Origin: an uncultured Bacteriovoracaceae bacterium
Lineage (GTDB): Bacteria; Desulfobacterota; Desulfomonilia; UBA1062
Assembly: GCA_964600235.1 (NCBI GenBank)
Contig: CAZRIV010000010.1
Span: 72,909 to 136,908 of the forward strand
DNA length: 64,000 nucleotides
Direction of reading: 5' to 3'
Shown: one piece after another, positions 18,240 through 26,861 of the stretch
How the letters are laid out: every line of letters begins with the position of its first letter
How positions within the stretch are numbered: the stretch's first letter is position 1
Program-made: the position numbers and the translations under genes
The notes under the pieces: model-generated
Seen by the model: the letters and a program-made list of their open reading frames with translations, nothing else
The model's database searches: none
Told to the model about the DNA's origin: nothing

Positions 18240-19823
18240 CTATTTGGTCGGGATGCGCTTCAAGGTCTCGGTCAACAGATGGTATACTTTGCCCATTGAG
18301 GCTATTTCAAGCTGCTCATCCGGGGAGTGGACATTCTTAAGGGTCGGGCCCACAGATACCATGTCCATGCCGGGATACTTGGCGCCGATGACACTGGTTT
18401 CCAGGCCTGCATGTACCGCAACGAGTCCGGCTTCATTTCCGAAGGTCTTCTGATATACCTCTTTCATCAGGACGAGCAGCGGAGACTTCACATCGGGACG
18501 CCAGCCCGAGTACGAGCCGTGCGTCTTCACATCTGCCCCGGCCAACCGCATGACTGCAGAGAGTTTGTCCACAGTATCATCACGGGCCGAATCAACGGCA
18601 CTCCGGACCAATATGCCAGTCTTCCATTGACCCTTGTCCGCAGTAAAGATACCCAGGTTGCATGAGGTCTCCACAAGCCCTGGAACACTGTCGCTCATGC
18701 GTTGAACACCATGGACACTGCCGTAGACCGCGCTGAGCATTTTGGCCTGAGTTGTGGCATTCATCACCTTTGCCGGCCTGTCAGCTGAAACGGCGTTTAT
18801 GCTCAGACCCGGTTCCGTAGCGGCTAGTTCGCTCTTGGCCGTCTTTTCGAAGGAAAGGATATAGTTCTCGAAATCAGCACTCTTTGTCTTGGGTACGGCA
18901 ACTATTGCAATGGCTTCACGTGCAATGGCATTATACCGGTCCCCACTATTGATGTAGGCTACGCGGATATTGAACCGGTCTGCCGACCATAACAACCGTG
19001 CAACCAGTTTGGCAGAGCTGCCACCACCATTGTTGATGTCCATTCCGGAATGGCCGCCCTGAAGACCTTTTATGCTGATCTGGTATCCAACCATATTTGA
19101 TGGCGTTGTCTCTTGTTTGAATTTCCCCACTGCATCCACGTATTCGCCACCGGCGCTGCCGATGGCAAATGTGCCTTCGGTTTCCCAGTCGATGTTTATC
19201 AGGTAATCACCCTTGAGTAAGTCGGCCTTCAATCCGTTGACGCCCGTGAACCCGTCTTCTTCATCGACCGTGAACAGCGCTTCAATGGGCCCGTGCTCAA
19301 TGTCTTTATCCTGAAGGATGGCCATGATGGTGGCTATACCGATGCCATCGTCAGCGCCAAGGGTCGTCCGGTCAGCAGTCAACCAGCCGTCCCTGACGTA
19401 GGCGGTTATGGGATCTTTCAGAAAGTCGTGGGTCTTGTCTTCGGTCTTCTGTGGAACCATGTCCATGTGCGCCTGCAACACCACGGTGTGCCTGTTTTCA
19501 TACCCCCTGGTGGCGGGCTTGCGGATAATGACATTCCCTACGCCATCGGTGATGGTTTCCAGATCGAGTGAATGCCCGAAAGAGGCAAGAAATGCCGTGG
19601 CCTTCTCCTCATGGTGAGATGGCCTAGGTATCTGGGCCAGATCATGAAAATTCTTGAACACGGCCGCAGGTTGCAGCTGATCCAGAACATCGGCCAGCGG
19701 CTTCATGGTCTTGTCTGGTGTTGAGGTGGCATTTGCCTGCGCGAGGTACCCTGTTGATATCGGGATAAACATGTTTATTACAAGAATGGCAAAGAACAGT
19801 TTTTTGGAAGCAGCTTGTTTCAT
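18240..19823 (-). CDS. pepD: Aminoacyl-histidine dipeptidase PepD-like (M20 family) with N-terminal signal/anchor
   Basis: M20 metal-binding regions HMDMV and ADDGIGIA, PepD-like length. Extra N-terminal hydrophobic segment KKLFFAILVINMFIPISTGYLAQA. Confidence 0.7.
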   Translation of the reverse strand: MKQAASKKLFFAILVINMFIPISTGYLAQANATSTPDKTMKPLADVLDQLQPAAVFKNFHDLAQIPRPSHHEEKATAFLASFGHSLDLETITDGVGNVIIRKPATRGYENRHTVVLQAHMDMVPQKTEDKTHDFLKDPITAYVRDGWLTADRTTLGADDGIGIATIMAILQDKDIEHGPIEALFTVDEEDGFTGVNGLKADLLKGDYLINIDWETEGTFAIGSAGGEYVDAVGKFKQETTPSNMVGYQISIKGLQGGHSGMDINNGGGSSAKLVARLLWSADRFNIRVAYINSGDRYNAIAREAIAIVAVPKTKSADFENYILSFEKTAKSELAATEPGLSINAVSADRPAKVMNATTQAKMLSAVYGSVHGVQRMSDSVPGLVETSCNLGIFTADKGQWKTGILVRSAVDSARDDTVDKLSAVMRLAGADVKTHGSYSGWRPDVKSPLLVLMKEVYQKTFGNEAGLVAVHAGLETSVIGAKYPGMDMVSVGPTLKNVHSPDEQLEIASMGKVYHLLTETLKRIPTK

Positions 19824-20069
19824 GTGTATCCTCCTTCACCTGCATGGGATAGTTGTAATGACCTGTGTCAGCAGAGAATGAAGCGTTTCATGATGCCATT
19901 GAATAATCTTTACCATATTTGCTGTAGATAATTAATTTAAATACTTAAAACAACAGGTTCCTTTTACCCTATTTCGATGTGGGAAAGGGCTTGTTTCAGC
20001 CCTTATCCCGGCCCTCACTTTCTTCTTGCAAGGCCATTTCAGCTGATAACGATCAGCTGACTGCTCCCC

Positions 20070-20294
20070 CTAGTCCTCTTTCCCGGGCTCCCCTTCGATC
20101 TCTTTGAGCACCTTCACGATCTCGGCCTCGGTGGACCTCAGCTTGTCCCTGAGATGGCGGATCTTTCCCGCAGCCGATTTGATGGCCTCCTCCAGTTCGT
20201 CGATGGGGATGTCTCCCCGGTTCATCCTGTCCAGCGTCTCTTCAATCTCCCGCAATATCTCCGAGTATCCCTTGGATTTTTTCATCTTGGTCAT
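20070..20294 (-). CDS. xseB: Exodeoxyribonuclease VII small subunit
   Basis: 74 aa, helical, LEEAIK...L motif typical of XseB. Overlaps the xseA stop by 4 nt. Confidence 0.8.
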   Translation of the reverse strand: MTKMKKSKGYSEILREIEETLDRMNRGDIPIDELEEAIKSAAGKIRHLRDKLRSTEAEIVKVLKEIEGEPGKED

Positions 20295-21763
20295 GGCTCC
20301 TTTTCATATACCACAGAGTGGATCTTCCCTTGTGCCAGTATGGTTGTTATCCGGTCTTCCACGGAAACGTCTTCGGCGCTGCGCAGCACATGTCCGTCTT
20401 TGTCCAGGGTGATGCTGTAGCCGCGCTGCAGTGCCGTGTCCGGGTGCGCCGCTGCGAGGGCCTTCTCGTACTGGTCCAGGGTGTTCAGGCTGCCTGTGAT
20501 GCGCAGCCGGAGCTCCTTGAGCATGAAGGTGCTGCGGCTTTCGAAGTCATGGTCCGTCTCTCTGAGCAGAGAAGATGAGTTCAGCTTCATGCCCAGCACC
20601 GCCCTTTGAAGGGCTGAGGATGTATCCTGAATAAGTGAGACTGCCCGGCGTGCCATGGAGGAAACCGTCATGAGGAGGCGCTTGTCATGTGAGGCCACCA
20701 GGGACAGGCCCCTTGTGAGCAGAGTGGATGCAACCGATTCCAGGCTTGAACGGGCTGTAGATGTAAACTTCTGAGACATGAGCGCAAGGCGGTTTGTCAG
20801 CATCTCCAGCTGCCGCGAGGACATGTCGAGCGCCTTTGTGGCCGTGCCGCCCAGGGACGAGCGGGCATCCTCCAGGAAGGACCAGACCCCTTCCAAGCGG
20901 GAAACCAGGAAGCGCGCCGTGTCGGTCGGGGTCACAAAGGAGCTGTGGGCCACCATGTCCGCCACCGACAGGTCGATCTCGTGGCCGATGCCTGTTATCA
21001 CGGGCTTGGAGCAGGCCGCTATTGCCCGGCATATGGTGATGTCGTCGAACACGAACAGGTCCGTCCTGGCGCCGCCACCCCTGGTGACGACAATGGCGTC
21101 CAGATCCGGCAGGGTCTGAAGGGACCTGATGCCCTGCGTAACCTCGCGTATGGTGCTCTCGCCCTGCATGTGCGCATCGAACAGCGTGATCCTGAATGAA
21201 AACCCGCTTTTCATGACGATGCTGGTGAAATCCTGGTATGCGGCAGACCCCTTTGATGTTATCAGCCCGATGTTCAAGGGGACAGGGCTCAACTCCAGGG
21301 CTCTGTTCCTCTCCAGGAGGCCTTCGGCCTTGAGTGCTTCTATGGTCTCGGCCCTGCGCCTGGCAATGGCGCCGTAGGTGTAGGTGGGATCGATCTCCGA
21401 GACGATGAGCTGGTAGCGGCCTTCCTTGACGAACAGGTCCACCCGTGCCCGGAGCTTGACCTCGATCCCTGATGCCAGCTCGAACCCCTGCAGGCCGAGG
21501 GCGGTCATGGACCGCTGCCAGGCCAGGAACGAGCCCCTGAAAAAGGCGCAGCTCACCTTGGCGATGTACTGGTCCGAGGAACGGGCAGGTTTCTCCACGA
21601 GGTCAAAGTAGATATGGCCCGATTTTGCGTGCACCTTGAGCCCGTGGATCTCCCCAACCACCCAGACATCGGGGCCTAACGCCTCGTCCAGGGCCTCACG
21701 GGCACGTTCGTTCAACTCGCTAACCTTCAGGCAGTCCACAGATAAGGCTTTAGCAGAATGCAT
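20291..21763 (-). CDS. xseA: Exodeoxyribonuclease VII large subunit
   Basis: N-terminal OB-fold region VWVVGEI and central catalytic region. 490 aa, followed by xseB. Confidence 0.85.
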   Translation of the reverse strand: MHSAKALSVDCLKVSELNERAREALDEALGPDVWVVGEIHGLKVHAKSGHIYFDLVEKPARSSDQYIAKVSCAFFRGSFLAWQRSMTALGLQGFELASGIEVKLRARVDLFVKEGRYQLIVSEIDPTYTYGAIARRRAETIEALKAEGLLERNRALELSPVPLNIGLITSKGSAAYQDFTSIVMKSGFSFRITLFDAHMQGESTIREVTQGIRSLQTLPDLDAIVVTRGGGARTDLFVFDDITICRAIAACSKPVITGIGHEIDLSVADMVAHSSFVTPTDTARFLVSRLEGVWSFLEDARSSLGGTATKALDMSSRQLEMLTNRLALMSQKFTSTARSSLESVASTLLTRGLSLVASHDKRLLMTVSSMARRAVSLIQDTSSALQRAVLGMKLNSSSLLRETDHDFESRSTFMLKELRLRITGSLNTLDQYEKALAAAHPDTALQRGYSITLDKDGHVLRSAEDVSVEDRITTILAQGKIHSVVYEKEP

Positions 21764-21848
21764 ACCCTCAGATCAAGCCGCCATCCTTTTATTGACATGC
21801 ATTTTTACCGAGGGTACATGACGTACAGTACGCATAAAGGAGATCCCC

Positions 21849-22631
21849 ATGGAATACCAGTTCATCAAGGCCGATATAAGAGACAAGATCGCCATTATCG
21901 AGATGGACCGCAAGCGGGAGCTCAATGCCCTTTCCCATGGGATGATGAAAGAGATCCATCAGATCTTCACCCAGGTCCTGAACGACTCTTCCGAGGTCAG
22001 GCTCATCGTCCTGACCGGCGGGGTGGAGTGCTTCTCCGCAGGCATCGACCTCAAGGAGGCGCCGCATTTCACCACGGAAGAGGCGGCGAAGTACTTCCGG
22101 CTCGCGGTGGACGTCTACTCCATGCTGCTGGATCAGGACAAGATCCTCATCACGGCAGTCAGCGGCATCACCTTCGGGGGAGGGTTCAACCTCGCCCTCA
22201 TGGGGGACATCATCATAGCGTCCGAGAGCGCCATCTTTGCGCACCCCGAGATAAAATACGGCATCAATCCTCTGCTCGCCCCGCTGGTATACCGGATCGG
22301 CATCGCCAGGGCCAAGGACCTTGCCCTGCGGGGAGAGCCCATCGGCGCACGGGAGGCCCACAGCATAGGCCTGGTGAACCGGGTCGTGGAGCCCGAGCGC
22401 TTCCGTGATGAGGTGGTAGGCTGTGCGGAACTGCTGGTGAACCGGTCTCCGGACGTGGTCCGGGCCATCAAGAGGAGCCTGGATGTGGTGAGCCGTCTCG
22501 ATGCAAAGGCGGCCCTTGAATATGAACTGGAGATGACCGCCATGCTCTTCAACATACGGGGAGACATCCGCGACAAGATGAAGGACGTCATCATGCACAA
22601 GGGACATGTCTCTGCCAAGTGTGAGTCCTGA
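21849..22631 (+). CDS. Enoyl-CoA hydratase/isomerase (crotonase superfamily)
   Basis: Crotonase oxyanion-hole motifs FSAGIDL and GGGFNLALMGD. Confidence 0.8.
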   Translation: MEYQFIKADIRDKIAIIEMDRKRELNALSHGMMKEIHQIFTQVLNDSSEVRLIVLTGGVECFSAGIDLKEAPHFTTEEAAKYFRLAVDVYSMLLDQDKILITAVSGITFGGGFNLALMGDIIIASESAIFAHPEIKYGINPLLAPLVYRIGIARAKDLALRGEPIGAREAHSIGLVNRVVEPERFRDEVVGCAELLVNRSPDVVRAIKRSLDVVSRLDAKAALEYELEMTAMLFNIRGDIRDKMKDVIMHKGHVSAKCES

Positions 22632-23280
22632 ATCCCCCTTTGATCCAGTACACCTGTACCGGATCCTGTACGAACACTACGGCCCTTCCCACTGGTGGCC
22701 CGGGGATACGCCATTCGAGGTGATGGTGGGCGCCGTGCTCACCCAGAACACGGCCTGGACGAATGTCGAAAAGGCCATTGCTAATCTCAAGGCTGCAGGC
22801 CTCCTCGATGCGGCTGCCGTTCATGATGCGGATCCGTCCTACCTGGCCGGCCTCTTAAGGCCCTCCGGGTATTACAATATCAAGACATCGCGCCTGAAAA
22901 ACCTCGTGCACATGATCATAACCTCTTACAGCGGGAACCTCGAAGAGCTCTTTTCCCAGGACCTTGACGTACTGCGTTCAGAGCTTCTCGAGGTGAACGG
23001 CATCGGCAAGGAGACTGCGGACAGCATCTGCTGCTATGCCGCAGGTAAATGCATCTTCGTGGTGGACGCGTACACGAAGCGTGTCCTCATGCGGCACGGC
23101 ATCATTGACGCTCATGCGACCTATGATGAGATCCAGGCCCTCTTCGAGGGCTCTCTGCCTCGAGAACTTGCGATATACAAGGACCTCCATGCCCATATCG
23201 TGTTCATCGGCAAGGACTACTGCAGGGCCGGGCAGCCCCGGTGCGATGCCTGCCCGATTAACGGGAAGATCGGGCTTTAA
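22606..23280 (+). CDS. Endonuclease III-like HhH-GPD DNA glycosylase with incomplete Fe-S cluster loop
   Basis: HhH-GPD region LLEVNGIGKETAD. C-terminal C-X6-C-X2-C, then the reading frame ends (PINGKIGL stop) without the fourth Cys. AAGGG SD. Overlaps the upstream gene by 26 nt. Confidence 0.65.
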   Translation: MSLPSVSPESPFDPVHLYRILYEHYGPSHWWPGDTPFEVMVGAVLTQNTAWTNVEKAIANLKAAGLLDAAAVHDADPSYLAGLLRPSGYYNIKTSRLKNLVHMIITSYSGNLEELFSQDLDVLRSELLEVNGIGKETADSICCYAAGKCIFVVDAYTKRVLMRHGIIDAHATYDEIQALFEGSLPRELAIYKDLHAHIVFIGKDYCRAGQPRCDACPINGKIGL

Positions 23281-23290
23281 CTCGGGTCTT

Positions 23291-23503
23291 GCGTTTGAAG
23301 GGGTATAAGAGCTTGATCCGTTAAAACAGGTGATCTTAAAGCCTTTGATGAGTGCATAATTTGCCGGTCATTTTAAGGCTTTAAGATCACCTGTTTTAAC
23401 GGACCGACAAAAACAAATCAGTTCACCACGAATCATCAGTTTAAGCACCTCTGGAGTACCCCTGGTGTGCATGGACACATTCAAATGCACAATCCGGTTT
23501 TAA
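23291..23503 (+). repeat. Structured intergenic repeat element, copy 1 (contains 29-nt inverted repeat)
   Basis: Aligns over its whole length with 26007-26224. Arms 23315-23343 and 23377-23405 are reverse complements. Confidence 0.8.
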
Positions 23504-23545
23504 TAATGTTGAAATACACGGCTGTTTGACCTAGAGGTTCTTGTG

Positions 23546-25393
23546 ATGGAATCCTTTGACATCATCGTTGTAGGCGGCGGCCATGCCGGTGTGGAAGCGG
23601 CCCTTGCGGCGCAACGGCTCGGGATGAATGTCGCACTCTTCACCCTGAATATGGACACTCTGGGGAGAATGCCGTGCAGCCCATCCATCGGCGGCCTTGC
23701 CAAGAGCCATCTGGTCAAGGAAATCGATGCCCTGGGCGGCATCATGGCCGAGGTTGCCGACGAGACCGCCATCGGCTACCGGACGCTCAACACCAAGAAG
23801 GGGCCGGCAGTGAGGGCCACCAGGACCCAGAACGACCGGAGATTGTACGAGAACGCCATAAAGGCCAGGGTTGAGGATGCCCTCATCCATGTCCGGCAGA
23901 CGCGTGTCGATGCCCTTATGGTTGAGGACAACCGCATAACAGGGATCGTTGACCGCACCGGCATGGGATACGGTGCCCGCTGCGTGATCATCACGGCAGG
24001 CACATTCCTCTCGGGCCTCGTCCATATCGGGGAACTCCGTATCCCTTCGGGCAGGGCGGGGGAAGAGGGTGCCTATGAACTCTCTGATTCGTTGAAGTCT
24101 CTTGGCTTTTCCCTGGGCAGGCATAAGACAGGGACACCGCCCAGGCTCCACCGGGACACCATAGACCTCTCGGCCCTTGTACGGCAGGACCCCGAAACGG
24201 GCTGCATGCCTCTGGGGTTCGCCTCTTCGGGGACTCACCTCCCGCAGGTTCCATGCTATCTCACCAGGACCACGGCCCTGACCCATGAGATCATCCGCAG
24301 AAACATTGGCTCAAGCCCATTGTATTCGGGTGTTATTACCGGGACCCCTGCCAGGTATTGCCCGTCTCTGGAAGACAAGATCATGCGTTTCGGCGGCAGG
24401 GAGGGGCATCAGGTCATCATCGAACCCGAAGGGATCAATACCAGGGAGGTCTATGCCTCGGGGCTTGGAAACAGCCTGCCCGTAGAACTCCAGTGGGAGA
24501 TCGTACATTCGGTGCCCGGGCTTGCCAGGGCCGAGATCATCAGGCCCGCCTATGCCATCGAGTACGAATACATTCAGCCCACCCAGCTCCTGAGGACCCT
24601 GGAGACGAAGGCCGTCCGCGGCCTTTACCTGGCAGGCCAGGTCAACGGCACCTCCGGATATGAGGAGGCCGCCGCCCAGGGCATCATGGCAGGCATCAAC
24701 GCCGCACTGGCCATCAGAGGTGAGGAGCCTTTCATCCTGGACCGGTCCCAGGCCTATATCGCCGTCATGATAGACGACCTGGTTACCAGGGGGACATCAG
24801 AGCCCTACCGCATGTTCACCTCCCGGGCGGAATACCGGCTCATGCTCAGGGAGACCAATGCCGTATTCAGGCTCGGTTCGGAGGCCTTCAGGCTCGGGCT
24901 TATCGGCAGAGACCGCCATGAGCGCATCCTCGACACAGCCGGCGAGATCGAGAGGATGCGTGAGCACCTGCAGAAGACAACGGTCATCCTCCCCGGGGAT
25001 ATGCCCGAGTTTGTGCCGATCCGGGGGAACGACCAGGAGCGGATCACCCTGGAGAGGCTTCTCAAAAGGCCTGAGGCATCCCTGCAGGATTTCAGGCGGC
25101 ACGGCGTGATTCCCCCGGCATCAGCTTTAGCCGAGACGGAGAGCGAGGTCAGGATTAAATATGAGGGGTATATAGAAAGGCAGCTCAGGGAGATCGCCTC
25201 CCACAGGGAACTTGAACGGATGAAAATCCCTCCCGGCCTCGACTACTTCTGCGTACAGAACCTGTCCAACGAGCTCAAGAGCAGGCTTTCCGAGGTCCGC
25301 CCAACCACCCTCGGGCAGGCCTCGCTCATCGATGGGATGACACCGGCAGGGCTTCAGGCCGTACAGCTGGCCATCAGGATACAGAAGACCTGA
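23546..25393 (+). CDS. mnmG: tRNA uridine 5-carboxymethylaminomethyl modification enzyme MnmG (GidA)
   Basis: FAD-binding N-terminus FDIIVVGGGHAGVEAA and GidA-specific C-terminal domain. 616 aa. Confidence 0.9.
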   Translation: MESFDIIVVGGGHAGVEAALAAQRLGMNVALFTLNMDTLGRMPCSPSIGGLAKSHLVKEIDALGGIMAEVADETAIGYRTLNTKKGPAVRATRTQNDRRLYENAIKARVEDALIHVRQTRVDALMVEDNRITGIVDRTGMGYGARCVIITAGTFLSGLVHIGELRIPSGRAGEEGAYELSDSLKSLGFSLGRHKTGTPPRLHRDTIDLSALVRQDPETGCMPLGFASSGTHLPQVPCYLTRTTALTHEIIRRNIGSSPLYSGVITGTPARYCPSLEDKIMRFGGREGHQVIIEPEGINTREVYASGLGNSLPVELQWEIVHSVPGLARAEIIRPAYAIEYEYIQPTQLLRTLETKAVRGLYLAGQVNGTSGYEEAAAQGIMAGINAALAIRGEEPFILDRSQAYIAVMIDDLVTRGTSEPYRMFTSRAEYRLMLRETNAVFRLGSEAFRLGLIGRDRHERILDTAGEIERMREHLQKTTVILPGDMPEFVPIRGNDQERITLERLLKRPEASLQDFRRHGVIPPASALAETESEVRIKYEGYIERQLREIASHRELERMKIPPGLDYFCVQNLSNELKSRLSEVRPTTLGQASLIDGMTPAGLQAVQLAIRIQKT

Positions 25394-25517
25394 CTCGGGC
25401 AGGGTTGTTGCCCTCGAAGAGTCAACGGATGCCACATGGATGAGAGGTGTCCAGGGTTTCTATCCGGGAAGGAAGTGCTCCACCAGAGGGATGCATGAGG
25501 CCTTCAAACTTGAAGAC

Positions 25518-25928
25518 CTAACGCAGACGCGGACTTGAAAGCATGGCTTTATAGCTCTGATAATCAAGTTCCAGACGGGTATAGCTCTCCTGGGAAGTCC
25601 GGATGGAACCGTTGCAGACATCGATGGTGATGGGCCACATGCCTGTGTAGGCACCGGTGCATGGACCGATATGCAGGTTGCTGATGGAGAGATCGGTTAC
25701 CCCGAAATAACCCCCGGTTGTTTTGAGCCCCCAGGTATAATCTATTCCGAGTCCATCGGGGTCTCCCCATGCAATGACATCAATGTGAAGGCTCATGGTG
25801 ATATTCGGCATGATGCTCACGCCCGACCGGCCGCTGATGTTCGCGAGTTCCTCGTCCGAAAGCGGGCTCAACGCGAACACGGAGACTGGAAGTAACATGA
25901 ATGCGAGAAACAAGACGGCTTTTTTCAT
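25518..25928 (-). CDS. Hypothetical secreted protein
   Basis: Sec signal MKKAVLFLAFMLLPVSVFA followed by LSPLSDEELANISGRSG. No family recognised. Confidence 0.45.
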   Translation of the reverse strand: MKKAVLFLAFMLLPVSVFALSPLSDEELANISGRSGVSIMPNITMSLHIDVIAWGDPDGLGIDYTWGLKTTGGYFGVTDLSISNLHIGPCTGAYTGMWPITIDVCNGSIRTSQESYTRLELDYQSYKAMLSSPRLR

Positions 25929-26006
25929 GGGTTCCATGCCTCTATATATAACGGTTCGATAGGACGATGCAATAACATGCATGTGCATTGTATTAACCCC
26001 TATTTT

Positions 26007-26224
26007 GCGTTTGAAGGGGTGTAAAGACTTGATCCGTTAAAGCAAGTGATCTTAAAGCCTTCCAGGAATGCTGAATGTACCGGTCATTGAAAGGCTTTAA
26101 GATCACTTGCTTTGACGGACCTATAAAAAACAATTCAGTTCACCTGAGGAATTATCCGGTCAATGCGCTCCTTAAAGCGGATCGGGTGTGTATGGACACA
26201 TTCAAATGAACAGTCCGGGTTTAA
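26007..26224 (+). repeat. Structured intergenic repeat element, copy 2
   Basis: Homologous to 23291-23503. Arms 26031-26059 and 26093-26121, with compensatory substitutions relative to copy 1. Confidence 0.8.
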
Positions 26225-26362
26225 GGGTGGCAGGTTGATATCCGGTCTTACAGGGTCTTTCATCAGAACAATCGCAGGCAGACAGCTCAAGTCGACTACA
26301 GATGCTGTCGATACATATCTAAACTATCAACCTGTCTGATATGATGTCACGGAGGTATTATA

Positions 26363-26806
26363 ATGGATCCAGTAAAAGTTGTCGTACGTCTCATCGACGG
26401 AAGAGTGATCAAGGGCTATTCCCAGAACTTCAATCCAAACCGGCCCTCGTTCCATATGAATGAGGAAGACGGAGGGAAGCCTCTCCATAATTCCATCCTC
26501 CTGGAGATGAAAGAAATCAAGGCGGTCTTCTTTGTGAAGACGTTTGAAGGTGACAGGGAATATGACGAAAGAAAAGATTTCATTCAGGGCGATCGCCTTC
26601 AGGGCCGGAAGGTCGAGGTGATTTTCGTTGATGATGAAGTCATCAGAGGTTCTACGGTCGGGTATGATCCTCAGCGACCCGGATTCTTTTTGATACCCGT
26701 AGATCCCCGGAGTAACAACATCAGGATCTTTGTAGTATCGAGAGCATTAAAGGACATTCGGTTCCTTGCGGAAGAGCAGAAGACCGCGCAGTACCGGTAC
26801 GGATGA
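26363..26806 (+). CDS. Hypothetical protein with internal tandem duplication
   Basis: 147 aa. Two related ~45-aa modules: VVVRLIDGRVIKGYSQNFNPNRPSFHM and VEVIFVDDEVIRGSTVGYDPQRPGFFLIPVD. GGAGG SD. Confidence 0.5.
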   Translation: MDPVKVVVRLIDGRVIKGYSQNFNPNRPSFHMNEEDGGKPLHNSILLEMKEIKAVFFVKTFEGDREYDERKDFIQGDRLQGRKVEVIFVDDEVIRGSTVGYDPQRPGFFLIPVDPRSNNIRIFVVSRALKDIRFLAEEQKTAQYRYG

Positions 26807-26861
26807 CAGCAGGGGGAGGTGCCAAAACACCCTGCGGGAGATTTTCCCTTCATCTCCCCCG

